A stretch of DNA of 64,000 nt. Source: Harriotta raleighana (taxonomy: Eukaryota). The stretch covers positions 9,618,225 to 9,682,224 of the forward strand of contig JBNZDD010013732.1 in the NCBI GenBank assembly GCA_050575255.1, given 5' to 3'. The notes beneath the pieces are model-generated. The model saw only the letters and a list, made by a program, of their open reading frames with translations, made no database searches and was not told the DNA's origin. The first letter of the stretch is position 1, and each line of letters begins with the position of its first letter. Both the position numbers and the translations under genes were made by a program. Below, in pieces: positions 46,093 through 60,954 of this stretch.

Positions 46093-46587
46093 TAATAATA
46101 ATCTTTGCATTTGATATATAGCGCTTTTCATATCTTATCGATGTCTGAAAGTGCTTCACAGAATACAGTAAAATCTCATTCATCCGTGACTCGATCAACC
46201 GAATTGCTCGACCCCCTCCCGGGGCAATTCCCCAATCCGGCAATCGCGAGTTTACTCACTTTGCACATTCGTGTGCATGCGGGGTTATTAAACGTCCGAA
46301 CTTGGGTTTTTACCGATCGGTAAAAAAAAATGCTGTTTTACCGATCTTTTTACCAAGTGTGCTGGAATACTTTCTTGGTAAGTATCCACACAATATTCTG
46401 TTACTATGTAGTCTATTATTAACACAGTATGTTTTAAAACAAGTAAATTTTTTATGTTGGGATTTGGCAACTTGACCCCCGTTTATCCGGCAGAGTCAAT
46501 TAGTCAACCCCCCCACCCTCCCCGAGCGTGCCGGATAAACAGGGTTTTACTGTATACTGGAAAGTGAATTGACTGTATATTTGTGGG
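46093..46587 (-). mobile_element. SINE 3' fragment split by the MITE at 46166-46552
   Basis: Removing the MITE and one TA restores cacagaaTAtactg.aaagtgaattgactgtatatttgtggg of the SINE consensus. Confidence 0.85.
46166..46552. mobile_element. Non-autonomous Tigger/pogo-like MITE
   Basis: TA|CAGTAAAATCTCATTCATCCG...CGGATAAACAGGGTTTTACTG|TA; shares the subterminal atccgtgactcgatcaacc with 7085-7628. Confidence 0.88.
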
Positions 46588-46974
46588 ATGCTTACCTCCA
46601 GGAAAAGAGAGTTTGTTCCATTGTAACAATCTATCTCTGGGGTTTTCAGATGGGATGCATGAAGTTCTCAGTTTGGATACTCTTAAGCATGATGATGTAT
46701 TACTACACGTGTCAGACATCCAACTGACCAAAACAAAACCATATTACTGCTGCCCCAAGGCTAAAAATGAGCTAAACAGGTTTCATGCTGATACTCACCA
46801 TATGTTGAAATGTTGACAACATTAGGTGTCTTGGCTTTGGGCTCAAGGAATTTTTAACTCCTGCATTTAAAAAAAACATTTCTGTTGGTTTAGTGGATCG
46901 TGCATTTATTTAGATTTTTTTTTAATATGCTTTGGATTCTGTGGGTTGAAGCTCTCTCTCTTTCTCTTTTTCTT

Positions 46975-47087
46975 TCTCCTTCCTTCCCAATCCTGACCCC
47001 AGCTCGGGTCTGAAACACCGACTGTCCAGGTCCTTGGGACGACCTCCAGACATGAAAGGCGCTATACAAATGTACTTTTGTTGTAGT
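46975..47087 (+). mobile_element. L2 3' tail fragment
   Basis: cctgaccccagctcgggtc..ccttgggacgacctccagacatgaaaggcgctatacaaatgtacttttgttg. Confidence 0.75.
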
Positions 47088-50000
47088 TTGGACCATAAAA
47101 CATCATGGCTGAAATTCACTGCACAAAATTGGACACAGTGACAAACTACTCAAGATGGGTCAATTGTTGATTAGTTTCTTTCTTATGTCTGTGCAGTATT
47201 GACGAGCAGTAATCATTTTTGCATGATGCTGCTTATCATTTCTTCACATTGGACCAAGATGTTTATTGTGTAGTCAGTTCAGTAAATGCCTCTATAATCT
47301 CAATCTAAAAACAAATCTGCCCAAGTAGATTTGAAAACTGGAAGCACAATTCTATTGTACAACTTTTGGTTTGGGATTGAAAGTATGTGATTTGCTATAA
47401 AATCTAATGGCAAAGTAATTAAAAACCATTGGAATAACATCATTGGATAAACCAAAATATCCACCAGCAACCAGAAGATGAAGCAAAGTCAGAAGCAAAG
47501 TGTCTTTTTCTGACATTTGGCATTCTGATTTTTTTCAGTGAATCCCACAGTTTCAGGTGCTGTGCGGAAGTCACATTTAATGCAGTTACATCTGATTTCT
47601 GAATACCACATTTTCAACCCTAAAGTGTATATCAATAACTTTTCATTTGTAAGGAGATTCTGAAGCTCTCTCTTGCTAGACAAGTAAAGTACAGTTACTG
47701 TATAATATTAATTAATCTTGAGTTTATCGTAAAATTATCACAAAAGTGTTTCAGCAGGTGGTTTCACAAGTGGAATATTTTAGGAAACCAGCTGTTTGTT
47801 TCTGCAGCGTTCATGAAAACTTTCATTTTTTTTGCTTTAGTAACGACAATTGTGGGATCCAAGAGGCATAACTCGATCCACTTCCATTTAAATCGTAAGA
47901 GGAATTTTGGATGCATTTTTAGAATAGTAATTGTATACTAGGAAACTCAGATTGTTATGCCATTCCTATTAAAAAATCTGTCCCAACATTCTCAAGCATT
48001 CTTAGACTCTACTTGGATGAATAAAAACAACAAAATTATATTTGTATTTAAATGCTGTAGAGCTGATGTCTTCAATCACACCTGGGGAAACAACAATAAT
48101 AATTAATAATAGGGAAAGAAATTAGTCATATCAGTTACCTTGGACCTCTGTCATGCACCTCTCCATGGCTGATTCAAGAGCTGCAGAAACAGATGCAGAA
48201 ACAAACAAATAATGAGTATGAAAGGAAATCTAATAAAAAGAACTATTATACTGGACTCTGTTATAATATGTTATTATACTCCACTCAGCTTACATATTTT
48301 CTTTAGTAACGCCAAAGTGCCCATTCTTTACTAAGGCGCATTTTGTAGTGATGTACACAGGCATTCGAGCCATCGGTAGCTGAGCCATAATCTCTGATAC
48401 ATTCTGCCTCTATCCCTCCGCCTATATGAAGGTTGCTATGCAAATGCCATGTGTTGCTGTGAACATTGTCTTTAACATTGATGCAATATTTGTTTTTGAA
48501 ACCTTATGGGTTTTCTTAAACTTAGCTCACCTTTAGAAGTTTACCCTTTTACTTAGATTAACATTTTTGCTTAAGTGGAGTTTTCATGCTGGTTGTCCAA
48601 TTGCAAAGGTTGAAACCTGTTATTTTTCTTCCCTGTACATCTAAGATAGCAAATTTGTTGACTCTGCTCCATTCAGTAGATTGCAGCTTCAATGTCATAT
48701 GAATTCTACATTAAGGTTGTAATTGAGTTATTTTAAAAGCGCACAGGAAACAGAAATGTCAAAACTTAGCAAACAGACCAGATAATTTGTTATGTCTCAA
48801 CCGGGGAGCATTTGACAGCTAATTCTCTCAATGTTGAAGCTGTTTAAGCTCCTAACAGAACTCCATTCCACACTCTGGGATCTCTAAACTTTGGCTTGTG
48901 CCAATCTAGGCTAAAATTAGATTAGCAGTATGTGTCTAACCGGGGAGAGACTGCAGCATTACATTCCAGACGCAGGGACATTTTATTGCATTTTATTGCA
49001 TAGCTGGCATACATATGTGGAACTCTCAGTCTTGTTTGGATTCTCTTAATCATGGTGATGATAAGCTTCCAGAAGTATCAGAATCTGGCGGACCATGTAA
49101 AATATGTCAAATAAAAATATTTAAAGCTGCTGCTCTTGTATTATTTAATGTTTCTGAAGGAGAATGGAAGTTGAATAGCAGGTCCCTCACATTGTTACAA
49201 TGAAACATAAGATATGGAAATATAGGGAGCGCTTTGACATACAACTAAGAATCTCCAAGCAATTTCCTATCATTCTCTTTTAATTCATGACATTGTTGTG
49301 CTATTAACCAATATTTTTTAGGCAGATAAGGGCAGAGAACAAATAAAGTGCAAGATAAACAAAAAGCATCAGTTTATTTTGCTGTTTCAGTGGAGGGCAA
49401 GGAAAATATTTTTCCTTTGGGTCTTCAGCACCACATGGCAACCAGGCAAGATACAGTCTGGAAGCCAGCTTGGCATCCAATGTGCCATTACAGGAAGTAT
49501 TAAAACATACTCTACCCTTGAACTTCTCATGGTTGATGATAACCTTGAGAAATTGCAGCCATAAAAATAACTCTTGGAGGTTTTTATTCCATGTGTGGTC
49601 TAAACACCCACACACTGAAATGCATTCATTTATAGCATAGATGGAAGAAGTCCTGTATGCAAAACAATATAATTTACATTTATATAGCACCATTGATGTC
49701 AGGGAGATTATGTTGAAGTGCTGATTGGGCACCCAGCTGAGGGCGGAAGTTAAAGGTGAGAGGAAAGATGACCAAAAGTGAAAGAGATTGATGTTGAGAT
49801 GGACCCTGAATGAGATAAGGGAGGGAGTGAGTCAGAGGGACTCCAGAATGGAATATCAGAGTGGGTGCAGAATAGCTGAAACCTTAGGGCCAGAGTTCAT
49901 TGTGTGTTTGATGTAATCTACTATCCCACAAATGAAAATGTACTGCAAGAAAATATATTTTAATAATTGAGGTCAGATTCTCAACTGAATGGAATAGTCT

Positions 50001-53000
50001 CTTTGGGGGGAAGCAATAGGGTCACTTTGGGGCTGAATTAGCTGCAAAGTTGAATCGTCTGTAAATGGAATTTTAGAATTGTGTCAATCTTGTGGTTCTG
50101 TTCCTGAGCTAGGAATTTTTTTTAAAGAATAGAGGTAAGGTTGATGAAAGCAAGCAGTCTGATTCAACATGTGAATGTGGGATGAGATCACACATACAAA
50201 AGCCAAGAGACAGACCAGATGTTGGTTGATTTTCTTTCCCCCATTGTAGAACAGTATCTACCTGACACAATACATAATTCTAGGTTATGGCTTTAAAAGG
50301 GACCTGGATATATATCTTGAGAAAGGAATTATAGACATAAAAGAACCTTGAAGTTAAGTTATCAGCTGGGGGTAATGATTTGGCATTCATAAGCTTTGAA
50401 GGGAACAGCTCAACCCAAGACACAGCTCTGACTCCTGACTTTCCTGTAATAAATGCAGGTGGTCTTTGAGGAATGAAAAAGGGATGTGAACCCCACCCAC
50501 AAATAAACAAATCACATATGGATTAAAAAGTTGACAGTTTGGAAGGGAGGATATAACTGAATTTTACCTATTTTCTTCTCCGTTCTATATTTAAAGTCCA
50601 ATCAAGGATTAAAGTCCAATCAGCGAAGCATTTCCAGTATAGAATGCACCTCGTGCATTAACTGGGTTACAATAAGATTTACAGATTTCAAATATTTTGC
50701 ATCTTCCTGAAGTATAAATTGTTGATTTTTACATATTTTACTTTACAAGCTTACAGTTTTGCTGCCTGCAAGTGCTACATTGCGAATTGTGGTACCAAGT
50801 TCTTGTTCAAATCAATTTTTAACCAAACTGATCAATAAAAGTTTTATTGTACAGTGTTAAAACAATAGCATGTCTCCAGGAAGAAAAAACAACAATGCAA
50901 GTATTATACTGCAACATTTGAAAACATTGCAATGATACCACAAAATTATCGTAGAAACGTGATTGTCAAAAGTATAATTTTATGTGCACTGACATTTATT
51001 TAATACATTGCAATCTTTTCATTTTATGTTGCACACTAGCTCTGTGTTGTGAGTCTAGCTCATTGATCCTCAGACTCACTACTTCCTCTCCCACACACAT
51101 TACTGAATAGTTACAGCTGAGTAATTCAGCTCTTGTTACCGATAATAAACTTTAATGAGGCATACTATCTTCGCATTGTTTACTTCAAACAAATCTCTCA
51201 GTTTTAAGTGCCAGTCACACAACCCCATGTTTCTTCAAGTTCTCCATCACAGTCTGCTTTATTGAACAACCCGTCTCTCACACCACCTCTGCAGCATAAT
51301 ATGTGGAACAATAAGAAAAGTTAAAAATTGTGGTTAAGAAAAAAAAATCAAACAAAGCACACAACATTTGGCAGTGAGCTGTAAAACCACCATTCAGTCT
51401 TTGGAACACTGCTGGCTCTTCTGAGCTGTCCAAACATTTGATTCGCTGCTTCATATCATCAGAACTGTTGCAATTGAATTGCTGCTTTGTAACTCCCTGC
51501 CAACCACCCAAAGTCTAGTTGCATATTTGGCAGCACATTGCTACTGTTTGAGGAAAAGGTGGAATGACTAAAATTGGTAAAAATGCTCTTCATACCAGTG
51601 TTCCAAAGGATGTAGATTTCATCCGGAAAGGTGATAGTATATTTAAAAGTTGAATATCTACCCCTTATAATAAGTTCTATATTTTCCCAAAATTGTTTGC
51701 TGCAGTTGTACATTAGTTCATTTCTAACTTGAAATCAGTTTCTTTGGAAATAAAAAGTACACACAACTTTTACAGCTCCACTCTACCTCAATGACCTAAT
51801 ATAGTAATAAAGAATAAAAAGTGATCCAGTAATTTTAAATGCAAACAATTTCCCATTATTATATTGTGTTAGAATTAGTGATTTATAGTTTTATTTCCAA
51901 CATATGGTAACAACTGGATTAAGAGGGAGTGAGTGTAGGTGTTCCTTACCTACACAGAACAAGTCCAGTTGTCTTCAGCTGGGAGGCTTAATGAATGATC
52001 ATTCTTTCTTCCAATGGTTGTTTCAAAATAGACAGCAAAGTTCACCACGGAGTTGGTTCTGTATATGAGTTGAAGTGAAGAATTCAGAAATTGGTTCGGT
52101 AGTCTCCTTCAATGTAAATAGCTTCACCAAGCTCTAATATGCTTCATCGTACAGTACCTTGAGATTAGCGAAAGATGCTTTCCTTTTTGTACTATAGTTA
52201 ACATTTCCCGAATGTAATTTTCTAAGCTTCCTACTGCAGCAAGTAGTTAGCCTTGGATACAGACTAAATAGAGCAGATCTGGAGGAAAGGTCATGTTCAC
52301 ACGAGAAAATTGTAGGAAGTGTCGACTGAAAGCATTCTGCTTATCTTTAGTGCTGCTTCAGCTGCCTTGAGCCTGTATTTTGGTGAAGTTAATAGCAAAA
52401 TATACAGAGAAACCTTTGAAATATCCCACATTTTTGCATTTTGTGCAAATAGTCTTTTTAAAGATTAAGCTGTTTAAATATTTTGATTAATTGCCAGTGT
52501 GACGTGTATAATTTGATAGATGGTTACATAACTCTTATGTTTCTTTTTTTTAAAAAAGTGACTGGATTAAAAAACAACAGTAAATTTGGGGAAAACTTTA
52601 AACATTTTCTTCACTTTGTTACTGTTTAATTTCAAGCTATTTGGCATAATTAAGAGTGATGTTACATAATATAACCACAAGCCTTGCCCTGTCTCTTTCT
52701 GTCAGTCTTGATAAATCTCCTGAAAATAACAGCTATTGATAATGCAAAATACAACTGACAAAATTTCAGTTTGATATCTATATGTGGCCTTTTTAACATT
52801 ACATCGAAATCTGTAGAAGTGTACAGGATACTGTAAAACTGTCCGTCTGCAAATAGTTCACACTTATGCAACTAATAGAGAATTAGTGATACATGGGTGG
52901 AATAAATTTATCTAAAAGGCTCTCCATGTTAAACTTAAGTTTACCTCTCAGGTTCTGCAGAGCAGTTTGATTCCAGTGTTTGACAACATTTGGTTTTTCA

Positions 53001-53715
53001 AACTCAGAAAAAATAATCAATGCCAGGTTGTCCAGAGCAGTATGTTTTATCCATGTGAGCTGAGAAGTCAAACATCTGGTGCAAATAAATCAGTTTATTC
53101 TTTGTTTAGACAACTGAGGCTTTAAAAGAACAAATTCTCTTCCCTGTGTTAATTGTTGTGGATGTTAGCATCAAGCAATTAGGATTTTAACCTGACTTGG
53201 ACAGATAAATGGATCGATTAGTATTTAGTCTGATAATCATGTAATTTTATATTCAGAAATAAATAATACAACCTTTATAATATTTCAAAACTTTTTTTTT
53301 TTTTCACGGTGTTATTTATGTTGCATTTCCATAGAATTTCATTTGGTTATTCAGCTTTTGTTTTCCTGCAGTTGACCCTGAAAAATAAAATGGTTAGAAT
53401 CCCACCTCTTTGTAAGGAAACATGGTGATGCATGGTCTGTTTATACTTGTTGGTAACTAGAAGGTAACTGTGAGCAGTGATGAGTATGATCAAGAGTTTC
53501 ACAGGATCAAAGTTCCCATTGAGGTCAAATTTCTGTTTCCAAGGCTAAGCCTGAGTTGTTTTGAACCCATAGATGTATTCTAAATTTTTGGATTTGATAA
53601 TAATATATAATTCTTGTGGAAGTATTACGTAGGTTAAGCTCACTAACAAATTGGCTAAATACTCAGTCATCATTTGATACATACACAGATCCCATAAATA
53701 CTTCTGATATGCCAG

Positions 53716-54690
53716 ACAACAACATCTTTTATAGCGCCCACCATGAAGGGCAGCGTCTCAGAGCGCTTAAGTCAGGAAAGGCTTTCGGGCAGAAATGGTT
53801 TATTTGAAAAAAAGAAGAGAGAGGGGCAAGGCGGAGGGATTGAAGGAGAGTGTTCCAAAGCTTCGAGACATAGTGGCTGAAAGTGGATCTCCAAGGGTAG
53901 ATCAGAGGGTGTGAGGGACAAGCAGGAGACTGGTGCCAGATGAGCAGATATGACAGGTGGTGTATGGGGAGGAGGTCGGAGAGGTACAGAGGTGCCATTG
54001 GATTTGAACACATGTAAGGATCTTGAAGTCGATCTGTTCAGTGATGGGGAGCCAGTGGAGCCTGGTCAGAAATGGTGAGGTGGGGGTACAGAATTCGGTC
54101 TAGATAAGTACAGTATGTGGGTAGCAGCGTTCTGAATGAGCTGTGGTTTTTGAATAGTGAAGCTGGGGAGACAGGCGATGAGCGTTTGAGTAATCCAGAC
54201 AGGAGGTGACAAACACATAAACAAGGGTTTTGGCTGCATTTGGGATAAGGTACGGTCAGAGGCAGGCAATGTGATAGAGGTGAGGGAATGTAGTCCTGGT
54301 CAGGGACCGGATGTGAGGGAAAAAGCACTGCTGGGGATCGAACCGGATGCCTAGATTCCGCACTAGTTCGAAGATTTGCAGGAGAACCCAAGGAGGCTGA
54401 AGAGTTCAGATCCTTTGGAATGAAGATGTTGATGGGAGCTGAAGTGTATGGCTTCCATCTTGTCCACATTCAGCTGCAGGAAGTTTGCATTCATTCAGAC
54501 CCTGATGTCTGTCTTACAAGCTGATAGACCATTGGCACATCTGGAGACAATGCTGGAGGAGGCAAAGTAGATTTGTGTGTCATCCTCATACAGGTGTAAG
54601 TTTACCTGTGTCTGTGGATAACATCACCGAAAGGGAGCATATTGATGAGGAAAAGATGGCCAAGGATGGAGCCCATCTCTCCGCAGATGA
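53716..54690 (-). mobile_element. Degraded LINE/L2
   Basis: Minus-strand frames read IQKPQLIQNAATHIL and APLYLSDLL, plus ctccactggctcccc; tail acaacaac..atagcgccc at 53716. Confidence 0.8.
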
Positions 54691-54861
54691 CTGAGAGTTG
54701 CAATGCTGAGAGAGAAGCAATATAGCGGTTTGGAGCAGGGAAGTTTTATTTACATTCGCCATTCTGCATTGCATTGAGTCATTAAGGAAACAAGCATTTG
54801 AATTTTGGCATTCTGTGCAAGCTGTGTAAATAGTAGTTTATAGGTGAGAGTGTGAATAAGT

Positions 54862-55395
54862 GAGTCCTATAGCTTAGTGGTTAGAGCACTTGTCTTACAA
54901 AGCCAGAGACCTGGGTTTGATTCTAGGCAGGGTGAAACCTTTGGAAAGTTTCCTTACTCCACAAGCCTAATAATAATCCCTCAAAGAAAAACAATAACAA
55001 ATTTGGTCATTTCAATCCACGGCTGTTTGTGGGACACTGCTGTGCGCAATTGGCTACTGCATTTTGTCCACAAAATATATAGTCAATTCATCTTACAGTA
55101 GTTAGAGCTCTTCCCTCACAATGAGAGATCTGGGTTTGATTCTAGCAGGGCAAATCCTTGGGCAGGTTTCCTTACTCCCCATGCCTGATAATAGCCCTTT
55201 AATATATAAATAAAAATAAGAAATTGGTCACTCAGTCCACAACTGTTTGTGACACATTGTTGTGCGCAATTGGCTGCTGGGTTTCGCCCACAAATATATA
55301 GTCACTTCACGTTACAGTATACTCTGTAAAACGCTTTGAAATGTCTAACAAACATGAATAGCGCTATATCAAATGCAAGGATTATTTATTATTAT
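54862..55395 (+). mobile_element. Second SINE dimer (3'-truncated copy fused to a second copy)
   Basis: Copy 1 runs gagtcctatagcttagtggttagagc...cttacagta (55100); copy 2 runs gttagagctc...aaatgcaaggattatttattatt. Confidence 0.88.
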
Positions 55396-57064
55396 GATAA
55401 TAAATTAGATTATCGCATAAATAAGTTCTCTGACATCTTTGTGATATGCACACACCCATGGAGTCCATTGTCAGATGATTTGATAGTTTTACTGGTTCAA
55501 GACATCTGCTGTGAGATACAGACACATCTGCAATAATTTTTTGGTCATAATTCATGATTTCAGTCTTTCAACAGGGATCATTTGGGTCATGACCTTCTGA
55601 AAGGTTCCTTCAGATACTCAGTCCTAAGAGAACAGTTACTTCTGACAGTTGAGAGCGGATCATGAACAGTGGATAACCGTGAGACTCTCAAAAAACAGAT
55701 AAATGTATTAATCATTGTACAATGTTTAGAGTTGGGAGCTCTGAAGTATTTACAATATTAACAGTGGGAAAATTATGTCATCATTTTCAGAATTTCACTG
55801 CTGAATGGAAAGAATTTTATATTGTAAAAAGGTTTGCCAACTGATTGAAACCATAATTTTTTATTGGCCATTCATGAAACTTGATTGTTTCATGCGTTTC
55901 TCACTGAATAAAGCATGGCTTCAGAATGTTTTTCTTGGCTTTAATTGACATAAGAAATAAACAAGAGGAGAGAAAGGGAAGCATGAGAATGTGGTACTTA
56001 AGTTGCCCCTTTCCCTCCATGATGATCTGACTGATTATCTGTAGAACTTCGTCAAAATATTCTGAGCAAAAGTATTTTTTCCAGCAACTCCATTAAAATG
56101 GTGCTGTTTACCCGTGAAGAATTGAATGCTTCATTAATTCATTGTAAAGAAGGATCCTGTCTGTCAGCTTTTTACAGCTCTATCAAGTCCCAAAACACTT
56201 TGTTTCCCAATATTGTACTGAGCCGTATAGACCTCTTCGATAATGCCATTGTGTAAGGATGGTCAACTCAGGGTCAATGTTTTGCCTACACTTCATTCTT
56301 ACACTTATCTTGCATTTTTGGTTCTAATCTGCAGGATCCACATAGTTTGTGTCGAAATGTTCCAAACAAACAAACCAACACATGTTCCTGATAGTTAGAA
56401 TATTTGACAATATTACTTTTGCTTTGAGTTGTGGATAAAATACGAGCATTTTTAGCATTCTTAAGATAAGGTCAAAAAAAAATAACATTTCAATCAACCT
56501 AATGTATGTAATTCCTAATATAATTCCATTCATCTGTGGGGCAATTTTCAATAATTGCCAGCCTCCTACCTGATGGATTCTGATCTAATTTTGTAAAGCT
56601 GGCACATTATTTTTGGTTTACTTTTATGTACTGTATGTCCATCTTTTACATTTCTTTTTAGATGACTTGCAATGATAATATTCTTTGGTTTACATTCTTT
56701 CTGCTGAAAGTCTTATTTTCTGTAAGACAAAGAAGGATTCCAATACACTTGATTTGCCTGGTGATTAACCAGTAAACCATTAGCAATTTGATCTGCTATT
56801 GCAAATGTAAACTACAGAAATTATTTAGCAATAAAATGAGTCATTCTGGTGAAATATTCAGCAACTTTTAAATACTAATATTTTGTGCTTACAAATAGAT
56901 CTAAGAGCATAAATGAGAACAGCAATAAAACAGTGTAGTCTTATCAAGGTGACATGTTCTACAAATCAGATTTGTTTTGCCCACCAAGAAGTTAGGAGAA
57001 TTTATGCCCCATTTTATTAATCTAATGTAATTTTTTATATTACTTCACCAATTTAGGAAGGATG

Positions 57065-57320
57065 TCTTCTGCACATTCTTTTTCCCCTCCGTTCCATCAT
57101 CGGCAGTCATGTATTCAGCCACTTTGGTTTGAAATCTGGAACTCCCTGCCTCAATTGCTCTGCTTTGCAACTCTTTGCGCCCTTTTTGCCTCTTTACCTG
57201 AAGATTTTTCTCTTCAACTATGCCTATTGTAACACCCACCCTCCAAGCTCTGTCAGTTATTAGAGCTCCAAGGCACTACAGTGCATGAAGGGCGCTATAT
57301 AAATGCAAGTTGTTGCTGTT
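57065..57320 (+). mobile_element. Degraded L2 3' end
   Basis: catcatcggcagtc..ttcagcc..aatctggaactccct..; tail catgaagggcgctatataaatgcaagttgttgctgtt. Confidence 0.6.
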
Positions 57321-60229
57321 ACATCCCCCACAAGGCAAACATTGCTGGAGTACAGCATGGCGATGATTTCTTCCTGTATCCACCTGCCATTTATGCATTG
57401 CATAGAAATCATGTGCTTCAAGCAATGGAGTTGTGGAATAAAATGCAAATACTTTGCCAAAATAAAGCTATAGCACAATATTTTCCACCCATTAAATTGT
57501 TATTTAATGAACATTCTCTAGGAATAAAATTTAAGCCTGAGAACTAATTCATGGTCACGGGAACTTACGTTCTGAGAATGGTGCAGAACATTTAAGTAAG
57601 GATTGTGTCTTGCAAATAAAGCAACCTTGCACAATACGAGCAATTTGTGCTAAATACTTTGGAATGCATGGATTAGATGGATGAACAAGGCAGGTATTTA
57701 CCCCCTACTGCCTGTTGAGACTTTGCTTGAGGTGATACCGGTGACATGACATTTTCTTTTTCAAAGAAAAGCCTTGAAATTTACCCCATCATGTTGTAAT
57801 ATAGGTTTTTTGGTTCCTTCAATGAACAGAAATCAGGAAGAGTTTTAAATGAAACGCTTTGCTGTATTATTTTGAAGTAGTTCTACTGCCTGTTTTTGTT
57901 CTTACTTCTCTTCTCTTGCCTTTCTTCATCAACTCATTGTCATTTTTAAACTGAAGTCTCCAGTTCACCCTTTACAACATGTATTGAACTATTTGGGTCC
58001 CACCCAGAGCCATAACACAGTGTTTGATGTTTTTGAACTGCAGTAGCTAAGATTGTTATCCCACTGAATCGATGTGGTTTTAAATGTCAAAGACAGATTT
58101 AGTGATTGCTAATCATAGCCTCACTTATGGTTGAACTTTGCCCTTTCCAGCTATTTAGGCCTTTGCCNCATTTAGGCCTTTGCCATACATGGTACAGTTG
58201 TCAAACATTCATTGAGAATAAATTGTGATTTTATTCAAGTTAGAGCATATGTTAGAATGATTTCAAGTAAAGATTCTGACATAAAACTCTGAAGGTGTGA
58301 ATACTTTACTTNTATTTAGGCCTTTGCCATACATGGTCCAGTTGTCAAACATTCATTGAGAATTGTGATTTTATTCAAGTTAGAGCATATGTTAGAATGA
58401 CTTCAAGTAAAGATTCTGACATAAAACTCTGAAGGTGTGAATACTTTACTTGTGTTTCCATTGGGTGCCTTTGTTGAATTCCCATTTTGTTGCTGCTATT
58501 CAAATGGAGGAGCCTCTGAAATGGAGTTGGGAACAAAGAAAAGAGTATGTGGACTTTTTCAAAGCTGAAATCTCTGCTGTGTTCTCTAAAAAAGTGAGGG
58601 TACTATCACTGCTCATCTTGTTTCCTGTTCCTACACAGAGTACAAAATAATAATAGGATAAGCGGGTTAACCCACAATTGTTCCCAATTTATGAAGGCAG
58701 CAAGATAGGAAGCTTTAGGTTTTGGGTTCTGAAAAGTAAATTCTGCACAGACAAATAATAATAATACAGTAATACTAATAATCATTGCATTTGATATAGC
58801 ACTGTATCACATCTTCGAGTCATCTCAACGTGTTTCCAAAGAAGCTGTTTCCACTGTACAATGACCATGCGCCAAAACACCACGGACAGACCCATTTGTG
58901 AGTACATTCAGTTTGTGCTGCTGCCTGATCTGTTGCACAGGTTCTTCAGTGCAGTTTCGTTATTAGATTATACTCAATGTCTCCACATGTCAGAGGAACC
59001 AGCAATTAATTGCACGTAGCAAACAAGAGCAAGGACCACAATAATAATAATAACAATAATAACCTATCCTTAGGGATTGCCACATGATAGACCCCATTTA
59101 TGACTTTACAATTTTCTCCATCAGCTCTCCATCAGCTATTCTATAGCTGTAGTATTACTAAATGCAGATCTCTGAAGGTAGTTTAGCTTTGTAGACTTGA
59201 AGGACTATACCGATGGTCAAACTATATTTCACATTGGGCTTCAAAGCAAGTATGAATTAGGCTCAATTGAAACTCAGGTGATGAGGTGAAAAGAGAGTGT
59301 GCTAATGTACTGGGCCATCCAACACCTCACACTAGTAATTATTAATACCAACTATTATTGTTCTAGGATTATAGGCAAACCCCTCTCTGTGTCCAGTGGT
59401 ATTTGCCACCATCTGTGCTAGAGATTGATTGTTGGTGAAGCTGCACTCTGATGGTATAAACCTCAATGTCTGTTTCTTGTGTGATTTAACATGTTCTGTG
59501 TAGTCAGTCAGTGACACTTTGCATTAATGCTTTTTCCTCTGAGTGAAATTCATGTGATTGAATTATTTGAGAAAAGAGTAATCGAGACATGGTAGTAGTG
59601 GAACTGTAAAGGGATTTCCTGGAAATTGTCATGTACAGCATTCATGATTCACCGGAAAACCATTAAAAAGACAAGAACTATATTTTAATGGAATCTGTCC
59701 ACAAGGTTAATGAAAGGAATGGCATTGTAAAACAAACCTTAAAGTCTTCCTTACAGTATGAAATTAAGTGTGTGATGTGTCTAGTGTTCAGATTGAAGAC
59801 CACAGTACCTTTTTTTGTCCTATTGTCCAAGTTGACAGTTGTTGGTTAGAAAATTACTAAACTAAGACCTCATGTATTCATTGGGAATAGACGAACTTCT
59901 TGGAATCTTCATTAAAACAAAAAGTGTTGAGTAAAAATTGATTTCACTGTCTGTTGACAATAGGCTGATTACTTTCCTTCTCTGGTTCTATTCTATGAAT
60001 TTGTGAATTCCTGAGCACTGATGTGGTGTATGCCCTTTCATCTCAGTATACAGAGTATTCTCTTATTATTATGCCCCTTCTTTGTTATAATTCTGAAATC
60101 TGATGTCTCGTCATTGAGCATTATTGGCGGCTTCTCATTCAGAGGTAGCCTGCTCACTCTGATGCAGCATTGTGCAATGATAGTCACTCTGGCTATCCCC
60201 CTTCCTCTGCCACTGCCTTTTCCCTCAGG

Positions 60230-60815
60230 CGGCTAGAACCCTCATCCACGCATTTATTATATCTAGGCTCAACTATATCCGTGACCTGCTTGTTGGCCTT
60301 CCTCCACAAGCAGGAGATCATCCAGGTCTCTGCAGCCCATGTCCTCTCCCACACCAGGCTTCATGACCTTATCACACTTACCTTTGCCCAGGTCCCCTGG
60401 CTCCCTATCTCCCAGAGGATAGAGTTCAAAATCCTTGTCCTCATCGTCAAAGCCCTCCATGGTCTTGCTCCTTCCTACTTCCGTTACCTGCTAACCACAT
60501 TTTAACCTCTCCACTCCCGCTGCTCAGCAAGCTTCGGCCTGCTTCACATCTCCCACCCAGCATGCCCCACCATTGGCGGTCGGGCCTTTTGCCTCTCTGC
60601 TTCCACACTTTGGAAATCCAGCCCACAGTTCCCTCGCCTTGCTGCCTCCCTTGCATCCTTTAAGCTCAATCTCAATACCCTTCTCTTCGATCGTGCCTTT
60701 GATCACCTTCCTACCCCTACACTCCATGTACTCTACCCCTCCTGAACTCAATCCCCTGACTGCCCAGAACCTTGAGACGTTCTCCCAACTACGCCAATGT
60801 AATTTGTTGTTTTTT
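60230..60815 (+). mobile_element. LINE/L2 3' fragment
   Basis: IIQVSAAHVLSHTRLHDLITLTFAQVPWLPISQRIEFKILVLIVKALHGLAPSY; tail ..aatgtaatttgttg. Confidence 0.85.
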
Positions 60816-60954
60816 TGCAACTCGAAATATACATACTAGACCTGCATGAGTGGCTTCAAACAATGAATAAAACATTTCCATATGAATTATTTATCAAACA
60901 GTCAGTGACAAAATCATTCCAATAACATGTAGGGCATCCAAACCTCCCTGGGTG

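Noticed and set aside
58152-58451. About 140-bp direct repeat with Ns at 58168 and 58312
   Set aside because: Assembly artefact, not a biological array.
47100-60200. Numerous 60-140 aa ORFs in the supplied track
   Set aside because: No recognisable domains, mostly non-ATG starts, and of the length expected by chance in AT-rich intron or repeat DNA.
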